A DNA stretch of 64,000 bases. It comes from Mobula hypostoma (Eukaryota). The translations under genes were made by a program, and so were the position numbers. The DNA lies in the NCBI RefSeq assembly GCF_963921235.1, contig NC_086097.1, positions 170,874,001-170,938,000 on the forward strand, read 5' to 3'. The notes below the pieces were generated by a model. It was not told the origin of the DNA. It saw nothing but the letters and a program-made list of their open reading frames with translations, and did not search any database. This document shows positions 1-12,941 of the stretch, piece after piece; the stretch's first letter is position 1; each line of letters starts with the position of its first letter.

Positions 1-1592
1 ATGCGAGAGTGTCAGGGGACAGAAGTGAGTGTTGTTGCTATTACTAAGGAAAAGGTGCTTGGGGAGCTGAAACGTCTGAAGGTTGATAAGTCACATGGAC
101 CATTTGGACTGCATCCCAGGGTTCTGAACGAGGTAGCTGAAGAGATTATGGAGGCATTAGTAATGATCTTTCAAGAATTACTAGATTCAGGAATGGTTTC
201 AGAGGATTGGAAGATTGCAAATGTCACTCCACTTTTTAAGAAGGGAGGGAGGCAGAAGAAAGGAAATTATAGGCCTATTAGCCTGACTTCAGTAGTTGGG
301 AAGATGTTGGAGTCCATTATTATGGATGGGCTTTCAGGGTACTTGAAGGCACATGACAAAATAGGCATGGTTTATTTAAAGAGGATTTTTGCCTGACAAA
401 CCCGTTGGAATTCATTGAGGAAATATCAGACATGTTAAACAAAGGCAAGTCAGTGAAAGTTGTTTACTTGGATTTTCAAAAGGCCTTTGACAAGGTGTTG
501 CACATGAGGGTGCTTAACAAGATAAGACCCTACGGTATTACAGGAAAGATGGATAGAAGGTGGGCTGACTGGCAGAAGACAAAGAGTGGGAATAGAGGGG
601 CCTTTTCTGGTTGGCTGCCCGTGACTTGTGGTGTTCTGCAGGGGTTGGTGTTGGGACCACTTCTTTTCACATTATATGTCAATGATTTGAATGAAGGAAT
701 TGATGGCTTTGTGACCATGAGTGCAGATGATATGATGATAGGTGTGGGGGGGGGGCGGGTAGTCTTGAGGAAGCAGGGTATATGCAGAAGGACTTAGACA
801 GATTAGGATAATGGGCAACAAAGTGGCAGATGGAATATAGTGTAGGCAAGTGCATGATCGTGCATTTTGGTAAGGATTAAAGGACTATTTTTTAAAAGGG
901 GAGAAAATTCAAAAATCAGAGGTGCAAAAAGGGACTTAAGAGTCCTCGTGCAGGATTCCTTAAAGGTTAATTTGCAGGTTCATTTGGTGGTAAGTAAGGC
1001 AAATGCGATGTTAGCAATCCTTTCAGGTGGACTAGAATGCAAAAGCAAGGATATAATGCTGAGGTTTTATAAGGCAATTGTCAGATCGCACTTGGTGTAT
1101 TATGAGCAGTTTTGAGTCCCTTATCTAAGAAAGGATGTGCTGATATTGGAGAGGATTCAGAGGAGGTTCACGGGAATGATTGGGAATAAAGGAGTTTTTG
1201 TATGAGGAGTGTTTGCTGGCTCTGGGCCTGTATTTGCTGGATCTTAGAAGAATGAGGTGGGGATCTCATTGAAATGGATTGAATATTGAAAGGCCTAGAC
1301 AGAGTGGATGCTTCCTACAGTGGGGGAGTATAGGAACAGCCTCAGAACAAAGGGATATCCATTTAGAACAGAGATGAGGAGGAATTTCTTTGGCCTGAAG
1401 TTGGTGAATCTGTGGAATTCACTGCACAGACAGCTGCGCAGGCCAACTATTGAGGGATATTTAAAGTGGAGGTTGATAGGTTCTTGATTAGTCAGGACAT
1501 CAAAGGTTATGGGAGAAGACAGGGGAATGGGGTTGAGAGGGATAATAAATCCACCATGATATTATGGTATCTGACTGATGGGCCAAATGGTC
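1..1592 (+). mobile_element. CR1 LINE, degenerate ORF2 (RT) 3' part, cut by the window edge
   Basis: ORFs 1..396, 405..797 and 867..1115 give [37 protein letters not shown] and GVLQGLVLGPLLF, with frameshifts and a CR1-type 3' end. Confidence 0.9.
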
Positions 1593-1719
1593 TACGATTT
1601 TATTTTCACTGTCTTATGATATGAAATTTGTTGTTGAATGGCAGTGGTGCAGGGCAAAGACATAAAATTGCTATAAGTTACAAAAATGTAAATAGTGCAA
1701 AAATGAAATAAAAAGAGAA

Positions 1720-2130
1720 AGCTAGGGCTTTTCTCTTTGGAGCAAAGGATAACGAGAAGCAAGTTAATCAACATGTGTTAGATTGTAAAGGATGTGGACA
1801 AAGTGGACAGCCAGTGCCTTTTCCCCAAGCCGGCAATGGTTAATATTAGAACATGTTTGAAGGCATATTTTAAAGTGAATGGAGGAATGTTTAGGGGAGA
1901 TGTCAGATGCAGGTTTTTTTACACAGAGTGGTGGATGTGTGGAATGCACTGCTAGGGGTGGTGGTACAGCTGACACATTAGGGACATTTAAGAGACTCTT
2001 ACATAGACACTGGGATGAAAGGAAACTGGAGGGTTATGGAGGGAAGGTTTTGATTGAAAAGGTTTAAAGATTGGCTCAACAGCGTGGGCCAAAGGGCTTG
2101 GACTGGGCTGTATTGTTCTATGTTCTATGT
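1720..2130 (+). mobile_element. CR1 LINE 3' fragment
   Basis: Resembles the 3' ends of the other CR1s; ends in a tgttctatgttctatg tail. Confidence 0.75.
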
Positions 2131-2663
2131 TTACAATGTAATGTTCATGGGTCTATGTATCATTCAGAAGTATGATGACAGAGGGGAAGAAGCTGTTTCT
2201 GAATCATTGTGTAGGTCTTCAGGGTCCTGTACCTCCTCCCTGAGGGTAATGTAGTTCCTGAATTTGGCAGCAAGCCCTTGAGATGCAAATATTCCCCATC
2301 TTTGTCCACCAGTGAGTCCAGTGTGACTCAGTAATCTAATCATTGAGACCCGATTTAAAGGGAGGAATTGCAGACGCTGTCCTGTGGGAGCTGTGGATTC
2401 TTTCCCTACTCTTCTCACTCATGCCATTCCTCTTTGAGGGCAAAATGGATCTCTTTGAAGGAGGTGTTGTGAACAGAAGTCACAACACTATTGAGACTGG
2501 TTGGTGGCTTGTTCACCTTAGTTCTTAACTAAATCTATTTTCTTGAGGCATGCTTTCAATGTGTCTTGATCAAGTTCAAAGTTGAGTTTATGTTCATATG
2601 CACGAGTACTCTATGCACAAGTACAATAAAAACATCACAGGCACTTAGCATCAGATAAGCAGC

Positions 2664-2864
2664 AATCACAAGAATCACACACAGAATGCTGGAGGAACTC
2701 AGCAGGCCAGCAGCAACTATGGAAAAAAGTACAGTTGATGTTTCAGGCCGAAACATCAACTGTATGTTTTTCCATAGATGCTGCCTGGCCTGCTGAGTTC
2801 CTCCAGCATTTTATGTGTGTTGCTTGGATTTCCAGCATCTGCAGATTTTCTCTTGTTTGTGATT
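2664..2864. repeat. Fold-back element made of two head-to-head Penelope-type termini
   Basis: Arms of about 70 bp (2677-2744 and 2750-2820) are reverse complements around gtttc-AGGCC-gaaac. They resemble the terminus of the Penelope element at 11643-11780. Confidence 0.8.
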
Positions 2865-5800
2865 CACAGGAATCATTCATAATTAAAACATAAATTATGC
2901 ACAAAATTACAAGAAAGATCACAATAGAACATAAAAGACCATTTTAGTGCAAACTGATCAAAGTAGTGATTGTTTTGCTAAACTGTAGTGATCAAGGTTG
3001 TGCCTGTTGCCTCCTGAACTTGCTGGTGTAGGACTTCAGGCTTCTGTACCTCCTGCCCAATGGTAGCTGTGAGAAAATGGCATAGCCCAGATGGGTGATT
3101 ATCTTTGAAGATGGATGTTGCCTTCTTGATGCATTGCCTCCTGTAGATACTGTTGATGTGGGGAGGGATGTGTTGGTGTTATATTTGGCCAAGTCCACCA
3201 CCTTTCCCTTTGTCTGTCAAGTGATCTGTGGCTAGGACTAAGTTTGTTTGGGAAGTTTTAAGTTGGGCATGTCCAGAGGAATTGAAGCTTGACATTGTCA
3301 TGCTCAAAGACACAGATGTTTGTGCTTTACCATCTGTTTTGCTTTTGGAATATCAGATTTTTTTTCTCACTGCAGCGATGAAGTCTATAACAAGTTAACA
3401 AGTTTTTAGATGACAGATTACACGTTAATTTTCAGCACTGTCGCATATAGTTACTATCTCTTTTGTTGCTCACTGGTTTATCAGTTATAGCACAGCACAC
3501 TGGCTGATTTCCAGTTTGTCTATAAATCTATAAATAACTCATATTGTCGATGGCAGTCTGACCCTGCCTTTCCGTCAATAAACCCACATCCAAACACTGT
3601 ATCAAATCATCCAATTATAACTTGAAATGTTTATCATGAAATCTTAAGCACCTCAAAGGCTGAGGTATCCTGGAAACTAGTCTAGGACTTTGACACGCAT
3701 CTATGTTGACATTATACAGAATTTACAGTCAGCAGCAAGTCAATGGATCTTGGACTGATTTTAATGAAGGCTGTGCATTTAGATCTAGCAATCACATAGC
3801 AAGAATTTCCCCTATGCTTATAAATGTTGCTATCATGAATCATTTCAAAGAAACCATAGAATCCCCTTTATGTCTACACTTCTCACTGCCTCAGTAAAGC
3901 AGCCAGCATAATCAAAGTCTCCACCTGCCCCAGACTCTTCTCCTGCCTCCCATCCAGCAGAAGATACAAATACCTAAAAGTGCATACGACTAAGCTCTCG
4001 GAGAGTTTCTACCCCACTGTTATAGGATTATTGAATGGTTCTCTCGTACGATCAAGTGAACTCTAGACTTCACGGTCTACTTTAATATGATCTTGCATCT
4101 TACAGTTTACCTACACTGTCTTTCTCTCTAGCTGTTGCACATTTTCCTACGTTGTTGTTTTACTTTGTACTACTTCAATGCATTGTGTAGTGATTTGATC
4201 TGTGTGAAAAGTATGCAAGACAATCTTTTCACTGTATCTTGGTTCATGTGACAATAATAATAACCCAATAAATTAACCCAATAAACAGCTGTGATGTCAT
4301 CTATCTGAATAGCTGTCACTTCGAAAAATTCTCAAAGGCATCAGACCAGGAGGGAAAATAATGATGCAATTTTTAATTAAAATAGAGAATGCTGGAAATG
4401 GCAAGCCAGGAAGCATTTGTAAAGAGAGGAACAGGGTAAAGGTTTCAGGCTGATGAATTTTCCAGAAAATTCAAAGATTTTGGGCTTTTTCATTTCAGGA
4501 AGGGGGCCTGTTCCTGTGCTGTACCATTCTATTTTTTTGTTTTTATATCAGATTTCCAGCATCTGTAATATTTTACTTTATGAAAGTCAAAGGTCATCAA
4601 CTTAAACACAGCACTTCTTAAAGAAATAAAACCCTTTATTCTCTGAAACTTCTGCATGAATTATAATTCATACAGAAGTAGTTATTATATTTTGATGTTT
4701 ATTTAATAGGAAGACTTACTCCGCAGAGGACTTTAATGCTTGACATTACTGCTTGTCTTGCGGGGAGGGCGGTTGGAGGAGGTAGGTGGAGGCAGATATC
4801 CTCACAACTTTTAAGGAGCATCTAAAAACAAAATATTTTTGTCGCAGGACCAAGGACTGGTAAATGGGATCAGTGTAGACAGGTGCTTGAGCTTTAGTGT
4901 AGACATACTAGGACAAAAGGCCTTTTGAGGCATCTTCAAACAACAATACCTCAAGAAGGCAGCATCTACCAAGGGCCCCTATCACCCAGAAAATGCTCTC
5001 TTCTCATTGCTATCATCAAGGAGGAGGTGAACGAGTCTGAAGAGAAACACTCTACTGCTTTTTCCCTTCTGCCATCAGATTTCTGAATGGACAACGAACG
5101 CTACCATGAAGAGTGCGAGTGGAGGCCTGACCACTATTTCTTCCACATCCCTGTCCCTAAACCCTAACCTAACCCCCATCTCCACTTTCTGTCTCCAAAA
5201 CCATTCCTATGAGCTGAAAAAATAAGGAAGTCTGAGCCACGATCTCGACAGAGACCGCAGCTTGCTTCTCTCTTGTCAGGATAGCTAAAACTGAATACAA
5301 TATTCCAAATTCACCAATGTCTTGTACGCCTGCAGGACATCCCAGTTTCTTTACTCATGCTAAAAGACTACTTTCAAAGGACCATGCCCTTGTACTCCTA
5401 ATTCTGATAAAGGGTTACAGGTCTGAAACATTAACTGTTTCTCTTTGCACAGATTCCGCTTAACCCGCTAAGCTTTGGAGCATAATCTGTTCTCATATCA
5501 GTTCAGAAGGGACTTGCGGGTGAGCAAACTGCTAGTCTTCCCTGTGATGTCCTGTGAATAAGTAATAAAACAAGATGCGTTAATATATAAAAACCCACTG
5601 TTGTGAGGTACCAGCGGGGAACTGCATTTTGCAGCAACAACTTTCATTTGGGTTTGCCACCCAGTCAGGGTTTGTGCACAGGAATAATGAGTTGTTGCGG
5701 GTTGGATGGGTACATCCATCTGAAGGCAGTGGGCTCACAGATTAATGGCAAATAGAATTGCCTTACAAGGACGTCCTGTCAAATTAAGTATTATTTGCGT

Positions 5801-8800
5801 CAAGCTGGATGACAGAAGAATTGAAGCTGATCCCCTTGATTGGTTTTTATTTTGCCAAACTTTAAGTGCTGCCAAGTAAGAAAATAAAAGATGAATTCTG
5901 AAACCGTTAGTCGCCAAAGCAGCTTTTAAAGGCCTCCAGAACACAGGATTAATGTCTAACGTTTCCTAATGAAAGCACAGACTACATTAAGAAGCACATA
6001 TATTTGGATTAGATACTGAAAGCTTTTGGCAAGTAAGGCTTCTATTGTGTTTGATTTGTTGTCCTTTGCAGCAAGATGCTTTGCAGTTGAGTCATAGTTT
6101 GCTCATGCACTTTAGTTGCACTGTTCAACGTCACCTTGAGTGAAGCCGTTCTTCTGCTCTGAAGATCTTTCATGCAGAAATGATGTCAGCAACTTTCACC
6201 CTATCCTTGGCTTCACAGTAGTGTTACCCAATAATTGTGGCTGTCAAGCCATTTAAGGAGATAACAGAGCATTTGGCCAAAAGTTGGGCCAAACTGGTAG
6301 TCTTTTAGATGCATCTTAATGAGAGAAGGAGGAGAGTTTGTGGAGGGAATTGCAGAGCTTGAGGTCCAGGCCACAATAAACAGTGGAACAATTATGTTCA
6401 AGTGTCAGGTCAAATCAAATTGAGTTTATTGTCACGTGCACATGAATGGTGAGGTAAAGATACAATGAAAGCATGCTTGCAGCAATATAGAAGGATGCGG
6501 GCACAGACAACACTCAGAATATAAATTATATGTAAATTATACAGGACAGTTAAAGGAAAGAGATAAAAGGTCTGTACAAAAACAAGACCTTTTTGCAAAG
6601 TATACACAATCAAATTACAATCTACCATAGTCTATGCCAGTCCAATAAATGGTCCAAAAGGTTCAATTTCTGAGGTAGGGCTAGGGTTGTTCAGGTTGAT
6701 TCAAGAACCAGATGGTTGTAGGATACAAGCTGTTCTGAATCAGGTGGCGTGGGTCTTCAACTTGTATGCCCCCTGCCTGATGGTAGCAGTAAGAAGAGGA
6801 CATGACCCTGATGGTGGGGATCCTTGATGATAGATGCTGTATTCTTCCTATGGAGGCTGTCAATAGTATAGAGACATTGGAGAATAATAGGATCTATAAT
6901 TCCCTTCCTGAACCTTTGTCCTCCCTATATTGTTTCCTTTTTAAGCGGCGACATTTTTGTGTGACAGATTAGAAGGAGCTGAGGATGATTTTCCATTCTG
7001 AAGGCAGGGTCAGATATAGCCACGCTTTCCCTTTGCTGAATTCCCATCCGTGGTAAAGGTCGCAGATGGACATTGGCCAACTGATGACTTCCTGGAAAAT
7101 TTCTACCACAGGGCTCTTAATCCTTGGCCCAAATCCTACACTTTAGGAGAAGAACATTGTTTGGAAAGGGGCAGGGATGGAGAAAGGGGAAGATTACTAA
7201 AATCCACTCGACACTTGTGTTTCAAAAACAGGTTTGACTTTGAGAGCAGCTGGTGTACAGAAGTTGGTGAAGATTGCTCAGTGTTGTGGTACATCCAGAC
7301 TGCTAGGAGAAAGGAAGCTGTGTTTTTTAATCATCCGACAGCATAGAGTACTGTGGGAAGCAGATGGACTCTTTGCTAGGGAAAAGATGTTGCCCAGATG
7401 GCCAGACTGTGTGAATCTAGACCTTGTGTTGACTGACATGCAGCGAGCAATACTTGTAGCTGAAGTGAATACAAGGGCTGCAGCAGGATGTTGATGGAGC
7501 GAGGCGAGCTAATTGTCAGTCCAACTGTGCGAGGTTATTTTAAAGCCATGCAAACATTGGGAGTATTCCCCAAGCCACTAAAGACAAAACACACTAACAG
7601 CATCATCACCACATTGCTGGCTATAGAAGGTGGAACATACAACTTTAAAAGTTTGAGGAAACATCATCTGTAATCATCATATTACTTTAGACAACTGTGA
7701 GGGAAAATAAATATTAAATCAGCTTTGAGCAATTAATTTAATGTTCCTATAAATTTGCATTTTTTATACCAATTTTGGATCAAAAGGATTGAGAGGAAAC
7801 TCATTCTGTCTGAGGATAATCCAAGTTTTATTGACTGGAAGATTAGCCAGAGCATTTACTTATTCACCGTAGTTAATGTCGTACCCTTATTTAGGACACA
7901 CAGCAGAAATTGCCAGGGAACAAGCATTATATCAGTGTTGGGATATTTATTGAGAGGGAGCATGAGAGATGGGATGTATTGCAAGAACTAACACACGGGA
8001 CTGAGGATGAGCAACCCATGGTTACAAAGTAGTCCTGGTGGTAGGATGTACAGATGGAAGTGGAGGGGTGTTTCTCTGATCGGATATCTGTGATCAATAG
8101 TGTTCTGCAGTGTTGGTGCTGTCATTTTTTTTTGTATTATATATGATGCCAGAGGCCTTGGGCAAATTATCATTCCAGTTTAATTATCATTGAACCATAC
8201 ATATATATAGCCAGACAAAATAGTGTTCCTTTAGGGCCAAGGTGCAAAACACATTACCAACAGCACACGGCACACTACAGATAGTGCATAGCACAAACAG
8301 CACATATGGTTACAATTTCAGAAAACAAACAGTCACAATGAAGAAAAAAATACCAGTATCACTAAATCCCTGTGTGGAATAACTGGATAGGTGATAAATT
8401 GTCCTGGTCCAGCATGTTTTTTTTTCCACAGTCTCAACACTGGGCAGCAGCGAATGAACAATGGAGGGCAGCACTGTGTGAATACTGGAGAGCAGCCCTG
8501 ACCAAACACCTCAGGGCAGCAATGAGTGAACACCAGTGGGTAGCACCGTCTCAGCATCTCCACCCCAGGGCACTGTCATAGGTGACCGTGATGCTTCAGG
8601 CTAGGTCTAGTCCTCACCACAACTGAGGCAACGCAGCTCTCCCACCACCAAAATCGCCAACAAACCATTGAATCGGGCTTGTAATGTTCTATATTACCAA
8701 TGTCCAACAGCATCTTGTGATTACAATCAAAACATCCAGATCAACCACTCACACCTTGCACCGTCTCAGCCCAATGATACACAACAAGTCCAATCAACCA

Positions 8801-9944
8801 CACAACAATAGTATGCAAAAAGTCCAGCTCCATCACTATTAAGCAAATTGCTGACAGGATAGCCCTGCAGTGCTTGATGTTCTTAGTATCCAGTCGTGGC
8901 TTACAATCATAAAAGAACAGAGGAGAAGAAGAAAAGCACCCAGAATGCTGTGTCTAAATGTGCTGCCAATTTAGTGGATGAACTGGAAGATGATGTAAAA
9001 AGCAGAGACAACGGTTATTCTTGATCTCCAGACCAACATTTATTCCTCAAGTCAGTTGTCACCAATGCATCAGCTGATTATCAGACAATTGACTGTGGAA
9101 GCTTGCTCTGCACAAAATGGCTGTGTAGGTTTCTCTGACACAGTAGTTAGCTATTTGCAAAGTATAGCAAACTACGTGCTATGTCCATTTGTGAATTTGC
9201 CTTTACACAATTCACAAATTTGAGATACAGAATAAATCTGCTCTGCTGGAGTTTAAGTGAAAATGATAATTAAATAAACTGTTTCTTTTCAATTCGAATT
9301 TCTTGACACTTGCATGAATGATGTGGCTTCCTGTTATGGAAAATCGTGATGCCCAACATTTTCACAGAATGTCGACTCCTCTTCTTATTTCAGAGAGTAA
9401 CTATACTTCATTGGCTATCTGATCTTTAGGAGAAATTGAAAGGGACATCAGAGGCACTATAGAGAAGTAAACCTGTACATTTTATACCTGGGATTAGATA
9501 GCACAAACTGACGAAGTAAAGGTGGAACCAAGTTGAGGTTTTTAATGAGATCAAAATTTGGGTTCCATGGTGCATACTTCAGAACTGTATAATTGTTCTG
9601 CTTTTGTCAATTTTCCCAAGACCAATTTACTGTGGTAATAAGACAAAAAATACAGTTCAGCACTCACTCCTGACAGAGAATATCACTTTCTGGTAGGTAA
9701 AGATTTCAGGGATCTATTCAATTCATCTATTGGAAGAATAAGTGAGGATTTTATGGAAACATATAAAATCATAAAAGGGATAGATAAGATAGAGGCAGGA
9801 AAATTGTTTCCACTGGCAATTCAGACTAGAAGTTGGAGACATACCCTCAAAATTTAGTGGAATAGATTTAGGATCGAGATGAGGAGAAACTGCTTTCGCA
9901 GGGTAATGAATCTGTTGAATTCTCTGCCCAGCGAAGCAGTGGAG

Positions 9945-11480
9945 CTTACAACTGGAGTGACAAATGGATTTCAATGCAGATAAGTGTGAGGTGATGCATT
10001 TTGGAAAGTTAAACCAGTGTAGGGTTTATACTATGAATGGAGTGCAATGGAACTGAGGACTTAGGAGTAGAAATGTGTAATTCATTGGAAGTGGCATCAG
10101 AAATAAATAGGATAGTGAAAAGAGATGTTTTGTACACTGCTCGTTTCTACCTCCTACCCAAGATCCACAAATCTGACAATATGTGTAGGCTCATTGATTT
10201 TGCCTGCTCCTGCCCCACTGAACTTGTCTCCATTTTATCCTTTTTGTTTCAGACCCTTCCCATCTAGATCCATTACACTTCACGTGCTCTTGATCTCCTC
10301 AATAACTTTTAATTCCCTGGCCCTGTTTGCCTCATTTTCACTCTGGATGTCCTGTCTCAATACTCTTCTATTCCCCATCAAGAAGGCCTTAAGGCTCTCT
10401 GCTTATTTCTCAACAAATGACCCAACCAGTTCTCATCCACCATGAGCCTTCTCTAACTGGCAGAACTGGTCCTCACCCTCAGCAATTTCTCCTTTGGTTC
10501 CTCCCACTTTATCCAAACTCAAGGGGTTGCCATGAGCACCCACAAGGGCTCCAGCCATGCCTGTCTTTTGTTGGCTATGTCCCAATCTCAACACCTCATA
10601 TTCCATCAAAGTAGACTCTAACCTAATGGTATGAAAATTGATTTCTCCTTCCGATAATTTTCTCCCTCCCCTTTGCTCTTCTATTACCCACTCTGGCCTC
10701 TTACTTATTCTCCTCACCTGTCTATCACCTCTCCAAGGTGTCCTGTCCTTCTTCCCTTTCTCCCATGATCCATTCTCCTCTCCTATTAGATTGCTTCTTG
10801 GGTCTCGACCCAAAACGTTCATTGTTTATTCATTTACGTAGACGCTGCGGAACTGCTGAGTTCCGCCAGCATTTTGTATGTGTTGCTCTGGAGTTCCTGC
10901 ATCTGCAGAATCTGTTGTGTTTGGTGCACCGGCGTTCATCAGTCAGGGCATTGAGTGTTGAAGCTCGGATGCAACGTTGCAGCTGTGTAAGTTGTTGATG
11001 AGGCCGCACTTGGACTACTGTGTACAGCTTTAGTCATCCAGCTGTAGGAAAAATGTGGTTAAACTGGAGAAAAGGCAGAGATTGATGAGGATGTTGCCAG
11101 GACTAAAGGGCTTCAGTTATAGGGAGAGATTAGTCAGGCGAGGTCTTTTTCCTTGGAATATGAGAGAATGAGAGGTGACTTAATAGAAATGTTTAAAATT
11201 ACGAGAGGCATAATTAAGGTGGATGGTACGTCTGTTTCTTGAAGAAGGGGAATCAGAAACTGAGGAGCACTGATGTAGGGTGAGGGGGAAGAGATTGAAA
11301 GGGATCCTGAGAGGCAACGTTTTCATGTAGAGGTGTTGACTATATGGAAAGAACTGCTGGAGGAAGTGGTTGAGGCAGATACAATAGTATCACTTAAGGT
11401 GCACTTAGATAGGTATATGGCAGGGCAGAGTTTGGAGAGATATGGACCGAATGATTGTTCTGTGTCTCTATGATTTTAAA
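9945..11480 (+). mobile_element. Old CR1 LINE fragment, interrupted by a Penelope fragment
   Basis: CR1 RT-like DNA (gatttcaatgcagataagtgtgaggtgatgcattttgg) at 9950-10125 resumes at about 10925 and runs to a CR1 3' end. Confidence 0.75.
10132..10920 (+). mobile_element. Penelope-like element, internally deleted RT fragment plus terminus
   Basis: ARFYLLPKIHK (PLE RT motif) and degenerate downstream RT sequence, then a pyrimidine-rich region and the same terminal repeat seen at 11643-11780. Confidence 0.8.
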
Positions 11481-11742
11481 CATTGTCAAATGTGGCTAGC
11501 TTAATCTATATGGATAGCATGTTAAACATAGTTTTTCACTCCACTTCAGTATATATGGCAATCATAAACCAATATACCAACTTACCATTTTAGCATCTTT
11601 GTCAGCATTTGAGCAGTCAAGCCAAAACGGTCTGTTTCTATACGTAAACAACAGGAGTTCTGCAGATGCTGGAAATTCCAGCAACATACATCAAAGTTGC
11701 TGGTGAACGCAGCAGGCCAAGCAGCATTTGTAGGAAGAGGTG

Positions 11743-11780
11743 CAGTCGACGTTTCGGGCCGAGACCCTTTGTCAGGACTA
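11743..11780 (-). ncRNA. Minimal type I hammerhead ribozyme motif, one core substitution
   Basis: Minus strand UAGUC-CUGACAA-A-GGGU-CUCG-GCCC-GAAACGUC^GACUG; CUGANGA is changed to CUGACAA. Confidence 0.65.
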
Positions 11781-12903
11781 ACTGAAGGAAGAGCTAGTAA
11801 GACATTTGAGAGGGGGAGGGGGAGATCCAAAATGATAGAAGACAGGAAGGGGAGGAATGGAGCCAAGAGCTGGACAGGTGATTGGCAAAGGGGATATGAG
11901 AGGATCATGGGACAGGAGGCTCAGGGAGAAGGAAAAGGGCGGGGGGAAACACAAAGGATGGGCAAGGGGTATAGTCAGAGGGACAGAGGGAGAAAAAGGA
12001 GAGTGAGAGAAAGAATGTGTGTATATAAATAACGGATGGGATACGAGGGGGATGTGGGGCATTAGTGGAAGTTAGAGAAGGCAATGTTCATGCCATCAGG
12101 TTGGAGGCTACCCAGATGGAATATAAGGTGTTGTTCCTCCAACCTGAGTGTGGCCTCATCTTTACAGTAGAGGAGGCCGTGGATAGACATGTCAGAATAG
12201 GAATGGGATGTGAAATTAAAATGTGTGGCCACTGGGAGATCCTATTTTCTCTGGCGGACAGAGCGTAGATGTTCAGCAAAACGATCTCCCAGTCTGCGTT
12301 GGGTCTCACCAATATATAAAAGGCCACATCGGGAGCACCGGACACAGTATATCACCCCAGCCGACTCACAGGTGAAGTGTTGCCTCACCTGGAAGGACTG
12401 TCTGGGGCCCTGAATGGTGTTAAGGGAGGAAGTGTAAGGGCATGTGTAGCACTTGTTCCGCTTACAAGGATAAGTGCCAGGAGGGAGATTAATGGGGAGG
12501 GATGGGGTGACGAATGGACAAGGGAGTCGTGTAGGGAGCAATCCCTGCGGAAAGCAGAGGGGGGGAGGGAAAGATGTGCTTAGTGGTGGGATCCCGTTGG
12601 AGGCGGCGGAAGTTACGGAGAACAATATGTGGACCCGGAGGCTGGTGGGGTGGTAGGTGAGGACCAGGGGAACCCTATTCCCAGTGGGGTGGCGGGAGGA
12701 TGGAGTGAGAGCAGATGTGCGTGAAATGGGGGAGATGCGTTTGAGAGCAGAGTTGATGGTGGAGGAAGGGAAGCCCCTTTCTTTAAAAAGGACATCTCCC
12801 TCGTCCTGGAATGAAAAGCCCCCAACATATTATTCTCCGTAACTTCCGCCACCTCCAACGGGATCCCACCACTAAGGCCAAGCAGCATCTGTAGGAAGAG
12901 GTG

Positions 12904-12941
12904 CAGTCGACGTTTCAGGCCGAGACCCTTCGTCAGGACTA
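12904..12941 (-). ncRNA. Minimal type I hammerhead ribozyme motif, intact core
   Basis: Minus strand UAGUC-CUGACGA-A-GGGU-CUCG-GCCU-GAAACGUC^GACUG: stem I UAGUC/GACUG, CUGANGA, stem II, GAAA, palindromic ACGU in place of stem III, GUC cleavage triplet. Confidence 0.8.

Noticed and set aside
5150..5180. ccctaaaccctaacctaaccc, telomere-like
   Set aside because: Only 2-3 imperfect units; too short to call an interstitial telomere.
9385..9480. Pyrimidine tract plus CAG as a candidate upstream cadherin exon
   Set aside because: The frame I tested stops early and shows no cadherin motifs. I did not find the preceding exon in 1-19680.
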